From Phoronis australis (lineage: Eukaryota; Animalia; Phoronida), in NCBI GenBank assembly GCA_002633005.1, contig NMRA01000453.1:302872-366871 (forward strand): DNA of 64,000 nucleotides. Reading direction: 5' to 3'. The position numbers and the translations under genes are program-made. The number at the start of each line of letters is the position of its first letter. The stretch's first letter is position 1. Below are positions 1 to 12,727 of this stretch, piece after piece. The notes under the pieces were generated by a model. That model ran no database searches and was not told the DNA's origin. It was given only the letters and a program-made list of their open reading frames with translations.

Positions 1-728
1 CGGGCGATTTTTTGTCGGAACATTTTTGACACCGGCTCTCGGTTAGGCCTCCCTTTACCTATACGCTTGTATCCTCTGCCAAAGGATAATGGAAGTGACG
101 TCAGAAACTTTATGTGACCGAGGCATAAACAGAAACACATCTGCACAATTTCACTACTATCGCAAAAACAAAATTAATACTACAAGAGGCATAGCATTAC
201 TCACAAACCATTTGAAATAGTTATAAAAAATACGTGAATGTGAAAGGGGACTTTTAATACAATCTGGTATTCAAAACGTGATGGTGTTTTAAAAACAAAC
301 GTCAAGAAATCACGGCATCCACTAAAATGCATCCATATCAACTTAGTTTTGTATAGGGCCTTTGTTTTGTGAAACATTGAATCGCCATTTTATCACCTAA
401 ATCTGTCGAGATTCGCTCTCTGAGCACTCGGAAAAATGGTTATGCCATTTACATGTGCTTTTAGAGGCCGTTGCCTTTAATTTCAGATTAGGACAGGCCT
501 GCATTATAATAAATTACCAAGAAATAATTAGTGTTTTATAGCACAAAATAGCTTCAAATACAACTGGTAAGGTTGGGTGGGTAGATCAATCTTTTCCCCT
601 AAAGTCACGAAGTTTTTGGATGTCAATTAAATCCATGATGCGCAAAACCCAACGGATATGTTAAAATGACCAAAAAGAGGATTTCCCTTTTATATGAGCA
701 AGGATTAAAGCAAGTTTTATCTTTTTAG

Positions 729-974
729 TACTGGGATGACGGCTTAGCCGCACAAGCTAATGCATGGGCGAAAAAGTGCGACTTCGAACATGGGGGAAAT
801 AGGAATTACAACGGCGGCACAACAGAAACGACATGGGCCGTCGTTGGTCAGAACCTTGGATGGCATTCACACAATACGGACCCTTTGCACGTTGTAAATC
901 TGTGGTACAACGAAAAACGATATTATGGTTTTGACCGCCATACTTGCTCTGGAGTCTGTGGCCATTATGCTCAG
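729..974 (+). CDS. CAP/SCP-domain (CRISP/PR-1/GLIPR/PI16-like) gene, first exon visible in window (internal exon; upstream exons outside window)
   Basis: ttttAG acceptor at 727-728, GT donor at 975; 246 bp, phase 0/0; translates YWDDGLAAQANAWAKKCDFEH...VGQNLGW...LWYNEKRYYGFDRHTCSGVCGHYAQ, which has the CAP motifs (W..LA..A..WA..C.F.H, GxNL, WYNE, CGHYxQ). Not in the ORF track. Confidence 0.93.
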
Positions 975-1141
975 GTAAAACAATTACACGTACCGCCATC
1001 GGTCTTAGATTAGCCATTATTCATCGAAAGGGCCGCTGTGTTTAACGAAAACGTTAAGAAGCTTTTTGGCAACTGTCAAGTAACCGATGCAAACTGTCAC
1101 CGATTGATGAAGATATCATTCTTGGCTATGCACCTTTTTAG

Positions 1142-1263
1142 GTGGTGTGGGGGACGTCAAAATATCTAGGTTGTTCGTTCGTTCGCTGTCAACCTTTAAC
1201 AGAAACAAGTACAAGCAAATCGTGGAGCAACGCGTACTATCTCGTCTGCCACTACGGACCACC
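1142..1263 (+). CDS. CAP gene exon (CAP1/CAP2 motifs)
   Basis: AG at 1140-1141, GTAAGT at 1264; VVWGTSKYLGCSFVRCQPLTETSTSKSWSNAYYLVCHYGPP continues GHYAQ|VVW and ends in the VCxYxP motif; phase 0/2. Confidence 0.93.
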
Positions 1264-1552
1264 GTAAGTCTTTACGCTCTATGCTATCGTGTGGTGAGAA
1301 AGAGCGAGAATTGAATACAGTTGTTAAAACACTTCTGTTTTCGCCGAATGGCCAGAAAGTTCTCCTTTATTTTGATGACATTACACTTTCTTCATTCACT
1401 GTTTTGCGAAAGCTTAACCATATGCCTTTAGTCAAGTCATTTCAAGTTGAAATAGGTAGATTGATGAGGAACGTGTCAGGCCACAGTGAGTACAGTGTAT
1501 AGGAATAACTTGTCGTGCGCATTTAAGTACAACAGCTGCTAATTTCTTTCAG

Positions 1553-1644
1553 TGGAAATAAAAAGGGTACAAGACCATACACCAAAGGAAGCAATTGCAC
1601 CAGATGTGATTCCGGGACCTACTTTTGTGACAGCGGTCTTTGTC
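1553..1644 (+). CDS. CAP gene exon (end of CAP domain plus cysteine-rich hinge)
   Basis: tttcAG acceptor, GTAAGT donor at 1645; phase 2/1 matches the neighbouring exons; GNKKGTRPYTKGSNCTRCDSGTYFCDSGLC is the CRISP-type GN...PY..G..C..C......C..GLC hinge. Confidence 0.92.
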
Positions 1645-2709
1645 GTAAGTAGGAACGAGGGATGTTGAACGAAGTGAGACTGAGAACTTTATTCTTAAAC
1701 TGAATGGCGATGTTGGGAAGAAGAGTGGTAGGAAATTTAGTAAACCATTCGAACGTCGATGCCAAAGCGGCTGTAATCCCGCTTTCCACCATAACTCTTT
1801 TGATATAGACCCCTTAACGCTGTTACAGTAATTCTTTTACAACGTGTTGGTTACTCGGATTAGAGACGATTCCTGGTTCTTCGGCTAAGGAAATATCGCA
1901 GTGTCATTTCTTCCCGAGCTCCAAAATTTCTTCTTAATTGATGAAGCCATGACCTAAATCATTTTTGACAGAAAGCACATAATTAAAGAAGACGTCGTTC
2001 CTGATTCTTTTCCCACAGCTCGAGCTTCTGATATCTGTGGTTAGATGACACAAGTTTGTGTAAAATGTAACGTCATGACGAGTGGTTCTCTGACTGGCCA
2101 ACGGTAAACTTTATTCATTGCAGTTGCAACGAAGTGTCGGAGATACAACAATGACATCTTAACTTTGAAGAAAACATTCAATGAGCATAAGTTGTTTTAT
2201 TGTGTCATTTTACATAATACACACTCTTGGTGAAAGCAACGTAGAATGAAGCGGGAAGTTAGCGATAGCGACATGGATTCCGAGTGTCACCGTATGATCC
2301 GAACAGCTACATGTAAGCTGTCCTAGCTAACACTGGCCTTAAGGCATGGTGGAATGGGTGGGGGAGAGATCTCACGGCAGGCGAGGGCCTGGAATTCTCG
2401 AGGCAACACGTAAAGTGGATGGGGCCAGTGAAACCTGAGGTGCATGGGAATGGTGGAAGGGGTGGTGATAAACTGGCGTCAATCGGGGCATTTGCACCCG
2501 TCCAAGTAAACCTTCTTATGCTTATACGTTGATGATGTGATGCGTTTTTGCGTCACGGGGACTGACGGGCCGTAAAACTGTCGGACGGCGGTAGCCTAAG
2601 AGTTTTTTTTAATAAAATTTTGGGCTGTCGAGGTTAGTGAACTTAAGTCATCACCGCTGACCAGTTAGTGGGGCGCGAAAACCGAGTGCTGGCGGATGGG
2701 CGTAGAGTA

Positions 2710-2917
2710 CGGTAAAATCTCACCAATTTCGGACGAAAATTATTTCCAAAATTGGTCTTCTAATATTGTTTTGAATGTTCACAGTTGCTGGAAACATTGT
2801 CTGAAGGTAGCCATGGCATACAGCATCTATTTGGTGCTACCTATCTTTTGTTAAAAAATGAAAACATAAAATTTCACTTGTCCTCCATATTGTGTCCTAA
2901 ATTGGTGAGATTTTACG
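2710..2917. mobile_element. Tc1/mariner (pogo-like) MITE in CAP intron
   Basis: TA-flanked terminal inverted repeats CGGTAAAATCTCACCAATTTCGGAC ... GTCCTAAATTGGTGAGATTTTACG. Confidence 0.7.
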
Positions 2918-4850
2918 TAATTTAAGTGGCAACCGGTGATCGAGGTTGGGGTAGGTGATCAGGGAACTTAGGCACAACATGCTAATTGTAATACCCTACC
3001 TTGATTGTTTCTCCCTAAAGTGATTCTCAAGCAATAAAACGGCATTTTTATTTCCACCCAAATAAATTAATGAAAAACGGACTAGGCAGACCCTGCTGAA
3101 TAAACAGCGTAGCCACGGTTCATTTATGAAGCCGGTAATGGCGATTACTACTCTGTTACTGTCATGATCGCAAACTAGAGATATTATTTTCCAGGGATTT
3201 TGTCAGTCTTCGATTTAGTTCTAAATGCTCATCACTGCAACATGGCTGCAGTTTGTCACTACGCGTTTGGCTCCAAGCGGGAGTTTTTCGCGCTAAGCTC
3301 AGTTCAGAAACGTACATTATTTGCTTCAAGCGCGCGTGCGACCTGCGTGACACTAAAGTTATTACATATGTTTCGGAACAATCAAACTAATCCCGTACTG
3401 TAGACAAAGGACCGCTTTTTCCACTGATATATTTTTCTTATTTGTTAAGCAGAAATTCTATAATAATTACTTTGGGATAAAAGCTAGAAATCTTTGATTT
3501 GTTGCTTGAATAACCCCAGTTCCTGGTAATAAATGTCTTTTGACAGTACCAAAACAGTATGCGCAGCTTGAACTATCATTCATTTGAGTACCCAAGGCAA
3601 CACCAGCAAGACACTCGCGAGAAAAGTTGATGTAATCGTGTAATGTATTGCATTGTTTTGCGTTTTGCGAAATTCTTGAGCCCACGGTACACAACTAGTT
3701 TTCGACATTTTTTGTTTCCAAATTATTGTAATAAAGCGCAACTTCGGTGTTCCTTGCCAAAAAGGTCTGCATCGCTTTCGAGGAGTCAAAACTGTGTCGG
3801 AATCACTTTTCCTTCATCAGCAAAAGTGATTTGAAACTTACGAGCAACTGATAAAGTAACCTTTGAAATTCACTTGTTATGACCTGTTGAACCAAAAGTT
3901 AAAGGTTGGTTGGTGTTTTGAAGTAGTGATTGATGCAGACAGCGTTTGACATTACATTTCTTCTCATCCACTCTGAATGATTGACGTTTCATAATCCACA
4001 GGTGACTGTCACGGAGACGGTGTTCAAGGGTGTAGTAAGTATTGTTATTCATCTGAGTCTCTATCCAGCTCTCTCTGTATTGATAAGCACCGAGTGGCAG
4101 ACCTTATCTACATGTACATGTAAATATGTTTTCTCTGGCTACTATGGCTCCCAAGTGACCTTTTCTACTTTTTCCGTTGTGTTTATTTAAATGTTTGTGG
4201 GATCTTTGTGAGATTTGGCGAGCGTTTTTCTGTGAATATGATATACGAGTAGGATGACGACGACTTTCGAATGGATCTGACTTCCGCTGTGTTCCCTAGT
4301 GGAAATTTTATTTCTTTACATTTCAATATGTGTATTCAGAATATCTTTTCATGTAATTCCTAGCCTAATTTTCGAATAGATTCCATGTACCCTGCTCCAC
4401 CTCGTGATTATTTGCATTATTTATTACACGTATCTACCACACCATTCAAAGCAGCATTTATGAAAATCGGCATGTGTGTTCCTGCTGAGAAGTTCCTTAC
4501 CAACGTTGACTACAGATCGTGTCTAACTACTGCGTCCAAGGCTTTACCTCTTAAACCTTTCGAAGATTTTTTTAATTTACAAATTTGGCACGTGTATGAC
4601 CAAAGATGATAGAACATATTTTCTGACGGATCCAAGTGTTCCAAACTTTTGTATGTTACTAAAGAAAGTGGGCTCTGGAAAAAAACACAATTCAGGACAA
4701 AGAGACAAATGAAACAGTGTTTCATAGTTGTCAACATTCGGGGATGAAAAAACGGGCAATTAGTGGATTGAAACGCGAAACTTCCAGATACAAAGCGGGA
4801 CATCCGGGTCTAAGCCAAAACGCACGGGTGAAATGTTCGCGGCAACACAC

Positions 4851-5817
4851 NNNNNNNNNNNNNNNNNNNNNNNNNNNNNNNNNNNNNNNNNNNNNNNNNN
4901 NNNNNNNNNNNNNNNNNNNNNNNNNNNNNNNNNNNNNNNNNNNNNNNNNNNNNNNNNNNNNNNNNNNNNNNNNNNNNNNNNNNNNNNNNNNNNNNNNNNN
5001 NNNNNNNNNNNNNNNNNNNNNNNNNNNNNNNNNNNNNNNNNNNNNNNNNNNNNNNNNNNNNNNNNNNNNNNNNNNNNNNNNNNNNNNNNNNNNNNNNNNN
5101 NNNNNNNNNNNNNNNNNNNNNNNNNNNNNNNNNNNNNNNNNNNNNNNNNNNNNNNNNNNNNNNNNNNNNNNNNNNNNNNNNNNNNNNNNNNNNNNNNNNN
5201 NNNNNNNNNNNNNNNNNNNNNNNNNNNNNNNNNNNNNNNNNNNNNNNNNNNNNNNNNNNNNNNNNNNNNNNNNNNNNNNNNNNNNNNNNNNNNNNNNNNN
5301 NNNNNNNNNNNNNNNNNNNNNNNNNNNNNNNNNNNNNNNNNNNNNNNNNNNNNNNNNNNNNNNNNNNNNNNNNNNNNNNNNNNNNNNNNNNNNNNNNNNN
5401 NNNNNNNNNNNNNNNNNNNNNNNNNNNNNNNNNNNNNNNNNNNNNNNNNNNNNNNNNNNNNNNNNNNNNNNNNNNNNNNNNNNNNNNNNNNNNNNNNNNN
5501 NNNNNNNNNNNNNNNNNNNNNNNNNNNNNNNNNNNNNNNNNNNNNNNNNNNNNNNNNNNNNNNNNNNNNNNNNNNNNNNNNNNNNNNNNNNNNNNNNNNN
5601 NNNNNNNNNNNNNNNNNNNNNNNNNNNNNNNNNNNNNNNNNNNNNNNNNNNNNNNNNNNNNNNNNNNNNNNNNNNNNNNNNNNNNNNNNNNNNNNNNNNN
5701 NNNNNNNNNNNNNNNNNNNNNNNNNNNNNNNNNNNNNNNNNNNNNNNNNNNNNNNNNNNNNNNNNNNNNNNNNNNNNNNNNNNNNNNNNNNNNNNNNNNN
5801 NNNNNNNNNNNNNNNNN
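4851..5817. other. Assembly gap (other gaps at 26176-26246 and 52670-53200)
   Basis: Runs of N. Confidence 1.
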
Positions 5818-6572
5818 CTGAATCGGTTTGCTGGTACTGAAATATCAAAAAGTTATAATGAAATGAAACCGGTTTCGATAACTTGTTGTGACATGGACAC
5901 AGCCTCGCGGAATGAGATCAGTTGATTGAAGAATCGGCGAAAAAAGAAACTGACCAATTGTTGACGCTATATTTCATGGCGCCAAAAGCCCACGCATAAG
6001 GTCGCTCCTCAAATTTAGCAGCGGAATAACGGTAGAATGCCAATTTTCCTAACACCTATAAATAATGCAAGTTTCTCAAGAAAGAGTGTACTTTTTAATG
6101 ACACAAATTTTTGTCAGAGTTTATTTGGACACCTTTTTACCCATATCGGCGCAAAGCTGTATATTTAGTGTACAGGTTTGGACCAAGGCTAACTATCGCT
6201 GTACGTCTTAGTGGCATTGGAGTTCTATGACAGATTTCCACGATGCCACGCATTTTCGGACGGGTTCGACGTATTTAACACCATTTTTATGATATTAATA
6301 AAGACCCGTAGAAGCATACCGTCTGTAGTGCAGTCTCGGGCGTAAATCCACGCTATTCGTTGCTCTTGTCTGAAACGCAGCCTTATTTGTACGTTTAGTT
6401 AACTTGCGCAGCTTCAATACTTTGGGTATTGTAAATTGTATTTTTGACCAAATATTCTTGAAATCGTTCTTTTCAGAGTGTAGCGTCTTATATGCGTATG
6501 AAAAAGTTCCAATGTTTACTGTGTTGAAGATCACGAGCAGAAAGCCACTGACTCCTACTATCTGTTTTTCAG

Positions 6573-6770
6573 AATGTGAAGCGCAATGTGAAAACTGTGC
6601 TTCTGTCAACCAGTTGAAGTGCAAATGCTTGTGTAAGAAAGGTTACATTGGGCAACGGTGTACAAGCACGTGCAGAAACAACCATGCTAATTGTGGGGAC
6701 GGCTGGTGGCCATCCAATTGCAAGCATGATTTCGTGTCCAGATACTGTCCGGCTATGTGTAAAACCTGTG
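6573..6770 (+). CDS. CAP gene exon encoding EGF-like plus ShKT domains
   Basis: tttttcAG acceptor, GTAAG donor at 6771; 198 bp, phase 1/1; CEAQCENCASVNQLKCKCLCKKGYIGQRC (EGF-like CxCxxGYxGxxC) then CRNNHANCGDGWWPSNCKHDFVSRYCPAMCKTC (six-Cys ShKT ending CPxxCxxC). Joining to exon 1553-1644 is phase compatible but crosses an N gap. Confidence 0.85.
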
Positions 6771-9700
6771 GTAAGATTCACTTCTTTGCGTCACACTTTG
6801 ACATGGAGTAATTTATGTCATCGGACCAAATAGAGGAGAATGTAATTAAGTCATATGTTAGCTGGATGGTTTGGATTCTTCTGTGAGAATTTACGCCTCT
6901 CGTCTTTCATGGACGGATGTGAAGTCGTGTTTACTTGAAACGTTGAACTACAGTAACTAAAATGCCAACTACCGTGAATGACCCATCAGACCAATCTGAT
7001 GAAAGTAAAAGACACGATTCGATTTAAGATATTTAGCCAACTTAATTTTTTTGGAGATGACAAATGTTGGTATTTTGTCTTCTTTTTCCGCGAAAGGCGT
7101 TTACTTAGAAGGTGTAAGTCAATCAAACTTCTTGCAAAACACTGTACACAATTCAGGTCTGGTTCAATTCATTACTTCCTAGTTTCATTCATGTTTTGCA
7201 AATTTAAAAACCTCAAAACCAATTTTTGAACAAGTAGCCATTGGACTCTTTCCTGTTAACCGTGATTCCTACTAGTTGCACTAGTTAGACTAACATGCAC
7301 AGGAAGCTGTAATATGAAAAATGCATTGTAAAACCAATACGGGTATGACTCGCACGATTCAATCAAGGCCATGAGCCTTTGTCGAGAACAAGGCCTGTGA
7401 CTATATCCACAGCAAAACATCTTGCCACAAGCAACAGAAAGAGACGTAAATGTTATCTCAAACCTTGGTCACAAAAATGTCCCTTTTTGTATTATTCCAC
7501 ATAAGGCTAGCATATATTTCACTCATGGAGAACCCCATGGAAAAAGTTTTTGCAGAACCAACCACCTTCAGCCGCGTAGAAATTTGTTTGCTACAGTACA
7601 CATCCAACTTCAAAAGTTGAGGTGTCATTCAGAATCTAATCTCCTGCCACGCATTTGCAGTTCGGTATATCTACTCACAATTCACAGTTCTCCATTAACC
7701 GAGTCGCCATAATGTTGAATCAACAAAGTGTATTTGACAAAGCAAGATGCCGTGGTAGTTTTGGGAGTTGTGCGTCTGCGTACTTACGACCGCTAATAAT
7801 GTACGGCCAACGCAACGAGTCGCCGCACGGCATCTGGCACTTTGTTTTCACCAACACGGGCACGCCGTGACTAAAGATAACCTCACACCCAACTTATCCA
7901 TTTCATACGCTGTTTCGATCTGGTGCTTTAACCACATATATACTCGATTTCTATTCTCAATTCGTAGTTGGTGTCTAGGTGGCTTCCGTAGTTCATATGT
8001 TTTGCACAACAAATGCACTGTTGACCTACTAACTGTAGATCCTGTGACCGTTTGACTCGAGTCACCGAAACCCGACTTACAACATTAAAACTTTGTAGTA
8101 CATGTAATAATTAAGTTAACTGTGCACTGCAACTTCAGATGATACCGCGAGTAAATGTTGAAATACCAACAAGGTAATGACATGTACAGGTTATGTTGTC
8201 CAAACCGACTTTTCACCGAATGAATATGGACGATATCGTTGTAGACGAGTCGACTGTTTCGACAAATCGACTTCATTTGAACTTAGGAATACACATTCTC
8301 AAAAAACGGTAGAGTGAATTTCATTGAAACTTTGTAACTTTGAAATTAATTCATCAGTCTCAAAAACACTTTCAGGCTTTTCGTTTTAAATGCCAAGTTT
8401 TCGCGTACGGTTAGGATAGATGAATACGACTGCTATTTTTTACAAAAATATCTAAATGTAACGTTTAGGTCGGGCTAACGAATAACTAACGGTGAACTGC
8501 TGATAAACAAATAGAACACAAAGACAAAGCTTACAGAATACCTGACTTGAAATATCCGCGCCATATTGAAATTCAGTTACCCGCCAGACGGCGATCAGTT
8601 TTTTGATGAACAATCGTTCAACGCCACTTACAGATCCCATGTAATGCGGATGAGGGGTTTCAACCTGCTAGTATGTACATAGTTTTATCGTAATCTATTT
8701 TGACCGGGGTACGCCACGAGCTGTATGTTGCAGAGTAAAACAAGATGAGGATTACGAAAAATGTCATTTATCTCGACATATGTCCCGAATAATAGATAAA
8801 TGATACGTGCGTAGCAAGCTCGTTACCAGCGATGAAAAGGAGACCGAGGTAGGCGATATAAGGTCATTTATTACGACTAATACAATTAAAATATAATGAA
8901 TACAGATAAGTAACATAAAATGGTAATCTCTGGTAAGATGGGCAATAAAAAGCGCCATTTATTGTGAAGTAAGTAGAAGAACTAAATAAGACTCTGCAAG
9001 ATGGGACAGAGTTTTTAATTAAGACGTTTCCTGCTATTATAATGCCGGTGAATTTCTACTGCTGTGCGCTGGGATATACTAATGGCAGGCAAACCTTGTA
9101 AAATATAAATGGGTGAACGATGACATCGTTTTTCATACATTTGTCACTGCCAAAAAGCATCCGCCGGCAAAGCCAGTGGCCGTTGCTGATAAAGTGTGAG
9201 AATTTCGACCCCAGCTAGAGTCAACAAGCTAAAATAAATTCCTGAACTTGCGCTAATCAAACAATGGGAGGGGCCGACAGTGGAATTCATTCTTCTGCTT
9301 AAACACTAGTGGACCACTATGTAGTAATTAGATTTCTGTCTTCCAAAAAAAGTCGATATCGATGGGAAGTCACTTGCGCTCTCATTACACTAGAGAGCGC
9401 CAATGTGAAAAGTTCCCAATTAAAACTTGTCTTAGTTCACTTGTGACAGATATTAAACTTCTGCTGCTGTAGTTAAGGAAAGGAGAGACTATAGATATTT
9501 GTATTTTTGGTCTATAATCATAAATGGAAAGTTTGCTAGATAAAAATTGAATTCAATAGATGCTCTAAATAACATTGTCATTTTTACTTCTTGCTACTGG
9601 AACTTTTTGTTTTCGGCATCCAGTTGAAGTTCATCCAAGAACGCTTTAGTCGTATAACACTCAAGACGTGTTCATTCCCGATCTTCAGCCTCGAGCAACA

Positions 9701-10244
9701 TTGCTCTCTCAAGATCCGTATTACTTTGAGATCGGTCTTCATTTGAATAACATACGTATGTTGAACACATACGTTGTGCAGTTACTGCGCCTACAAACCC
9801 TCGTTCATACCAAATAATCGAGCAACTTGTTTTAATAGACCACTTATCACTATAAAACTCGTTTCAACTAGTTCATTACTCTAATCACGATGCATGACGT
9901 AGTTGGGCTAAGTTCGATCAAAGAGCGAAGGTAGAAGATTCCTAATATAATGGGAACAGAGTAACTCTAAACTGAACAGTCCACAAGGGCTGTCTGTAAC
10001 CACATTCTGGATACACTGCAGTCTTTTTGTGAACAAATTACGTATACATCTAGATTGAACGTTGTTACGACTTTGCATTTAGTTTGTAATATTGAATATT
10101 TTAATACAAGAGGTAACTACAGAACACCATAAAGAGTTCAAAGACTGGTAAGATACCTGTATACAACATTATAAACGTAATGTCGTTGACAGTGACCCTA
10201 ACCGCTATTACTTGTGGTAAGTGTATCGTTGCATCTATGTTTAG

Positions 10245-10528
10245 AGGCTCCCGATGAGCCGTGTGTCACTACCACTGCAGGACTCGCAACAACCACAACT
10301 CCAAGCCAGGCGAAACAACTGAACACCGTTGCATACTCTAAGAACACAGCTGGCAAGACAACGCAACTGACAACCATTGCATCCACAACTGGTTCATCGC
10401 CGAACAACGGAGAAACTGATAAAACAAAGCATGCGTTAGAATCCGTCTCGGCCGCTGGTAGATGGCATGCAAATTTAAGTCTGATCTCATTCTCGCTATT
10501 CGTACGTGTATTGTTTTCATTCATGTAA
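10245..10528 (+). CDS. CAP gene probable terminal exon: Thr/Ser-rich stalk plus predicted GPI-anchor signal
   Basis: tttAG acceptor at 10243-10244, phase 1 matches the previous donor; EAPDEPCVTTTAGLATTTTPSQ...ESVSAAGRWHANLSLISFSLFVRVLFSFM* has a small-residue cluster (SAAG), a spacer and a hydrophobic C-terminus. The five exons sum to 942 bp, in frame. Confidence 0.72.
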
Positions 10529-11703
10529 CAGTTGAATTTTACTACTTTAATTTCGCTTTTCTATTTGCGATTAAAGTTTGGACGAGGCAAACGTTGGTTT
10601 TCAGAACTTAAAATGCTATAGTGACCGAAATTAGGGGCGGATCCAGGATTTTGAGTAAGGGGTCCAAGATCAGAATAACGATAACGTCACAAGCCAAGCT
10701 GAAGTCCGTGAGATACGGACGCAACGTCGATAATTTTTGTAAGTTTTTATTCCACTATTAGACTCAAACTTTATTTATTTCATGACTTGTATGTCGGATT
10801 TGTCGATGAGGCAATGAATAATCGCTAAAAAGTGTTTTTTTTAAGTCTACACCCTGCAGATGCAAATGATGATATTCTTTTGATAACAAGTATATATTTT
10901 TTTATCTTCCCAAACACGCGCAAGATCACCATGAGTTTCAAAGAATTGAAAGGCTTTTTTCATTTTGCTTGATTTTCCGTGGTTTTGCGAGTCTTGCCTA
11001 TTTCAGTATAGAATGCACCAAAGGTTGTACACATGCAAACAAATCATGTGGACGACAAGCACCTACCGATCGATCGACCAGAGAGCAACAGCTTTTACTA
11101 TCTCTCCATAAGGCAAAAACGCACTAGCATATACATGTAACCACAGTCGCTACTACAACAGTTGTACAGCTGTTGAGAACAGCGCAGGCCCTGATAAGGG
11201 TACCGACGAACGACCCGATCATCCAGGCCATGCAGTTCACTACAGAACTGGAATATATTATTTGTTTGAAACTTATAGGCTAAATGGTCACAAAACTTAA
11301 TGTTTGCAGTATCACAAACCTAATATTCATTTGGTTCACATAACTACAGTCTTAGTAAAATGTTGTAAAACATGTTTTGGAAAAATAACAGTGCACAGAA
11401 TCCTACGACATTGACAACATAATCAAACTTCCTTTGACACATGTATAATTATTTGAGACAAAATCCCACAAACGTTCTAGGTTTGTCAAAGAATTTTCGT
11501 GCTTATTTTGTTTAACTTTGTACTGTACTTTCATTATAAGGCCTATTTCATTTGCCATGCAATATGTAAAAAAGTGATGGTGAAAGGGCAAAATCCACTG
11601 AAACGGCACGCACTACTGGGCAAATGAAATTGTGACAAATTTTCATTACTCAGCTGCTTTTGATTGTTTGATAAATTCGACATTTCGATATGCGTAGACT
11701 TAC

Positions 11704-12042
11704 TCATCGTTCATATGATGGAGTATACGTAAAGATGTAAATTGCCATAGTAGCCGTTATAAAGAAAAATACGTAGAAAAATAACTGATCCATTACTGTA
11801 CCAACCAGCTGCCATTCCTCAACAATGACGGCCTCAGCTTCTTTCTTTTGGAACATTTCTTGCAGGTCAGAAACTGCAAGCATTATTCGTTTTAGGTAAT
11901 ATTCGGCCAACGAAGACTTTCGATCGATGTCTTCGATCTGCATGTTGTTTTGTTCTAAGGTGACATCTTCAATGTGGTCGTTTATGTGAGTGTCCCTCCC
12001 CGCTACCGCATTTAATGTTTTCAGACGTTCAAGTGGATGTAC
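11704..12042 (-). CDS. Nicotinic acetylcholine receptor alpha subunit, copy A (alpha9/alpha10/alpha7-like), exon 8: MA helix, M4, stop
   Basis: ttttttcAG acceptor; 339 bp, phase 0; VHPLE...EEWQLVGTVMDQLFFYVFFFITATMAIYIFTYTPSYER*; matches the EW..v..v.D..f M4 motif. Confidence 0.92.
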   Translation of the reverse strand, partial: VHPLERLKTLNAVAGRDTHINDHIEDVTLEQNNMQIEDIDRKSSLAEYYLKRIMLAVSDLQEMFQKKEAEAVIVEEWQLVGTVMDQLFFYVFFFITATMAIYIFTYTPSYER

Positions 12043-12227
12043 CTGAAAAAACAACGATGAACAATTTTTAATCGGAAGTACACGTGCATATATGCATGAA
12101 GAACACTTCTGCTATCGATTAAGCGAAATTTCAAAAAACCTCCATCACGTATCTCTAGCCTACTTGAAGATATACCGACAGTGTGATTCCAGCGACAGTT
12201 GCTTTTAAATTCCAATCTAAACTTTAG

Positions 12228-12727
12228 GGCCTTTCATACTAACGTCGACGCGTCGATGGTTTGGAGGATTGCCTTTAGTATGAACGCTTAACTTCGGTCC
12301 TGGACCGAAGTAAACAGCTCCAAGTAACACCGCAGTTAACATGTTGATTTAACAGCGCAGCGTCGACGCTGCGGTGCCGAATGAATGGTCAACTTCGGTC
12401 CCATCGAAGTTATCGCCAGGTGCCACTGTTATCGTCAACATTTTAAGTGTAGTGTAGTCGCTAGTAGTTCCTTATATTTTGCTCGAATAATCTCCAGTCA
12501 AATTAAAATAAGTTTTATGTCAATTAGCCGGCATGTAAATGCTCCCAAATTGTCACATTGAAAAAAATCTCAGCGTGCAGCGCTACCTTGCGATTACTTC
12601 GACGACAACAGCGTCACCTGCCGTTTACTTCGATGTTCCTTAACTACCGAAGCCAGTATGAACGGTTTAGTTAATTTCGCAGTTAACGTCGACTCTCCGC
12701 TTAGACCGGAGTTAAGTCAGTATGAAC
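12228..12727. mobile_element. Non-autonomous DNA element with internal palindromes (Harbinger-like start), in copy A intron only
   Basis: Starts GGGCCTTTCATACT, has repeated AGTATGAAC and CTTCGGT..ACCGAAG palindromes; flanks are nearly contiguous in the copy B intron near 48800-48840. Confidence 0.55.

Noticed and set aside
4717-5925. Long ORFs of 335-402 aa (also 52606-53253)
   Set aside because: They are open only because they span N gaps.
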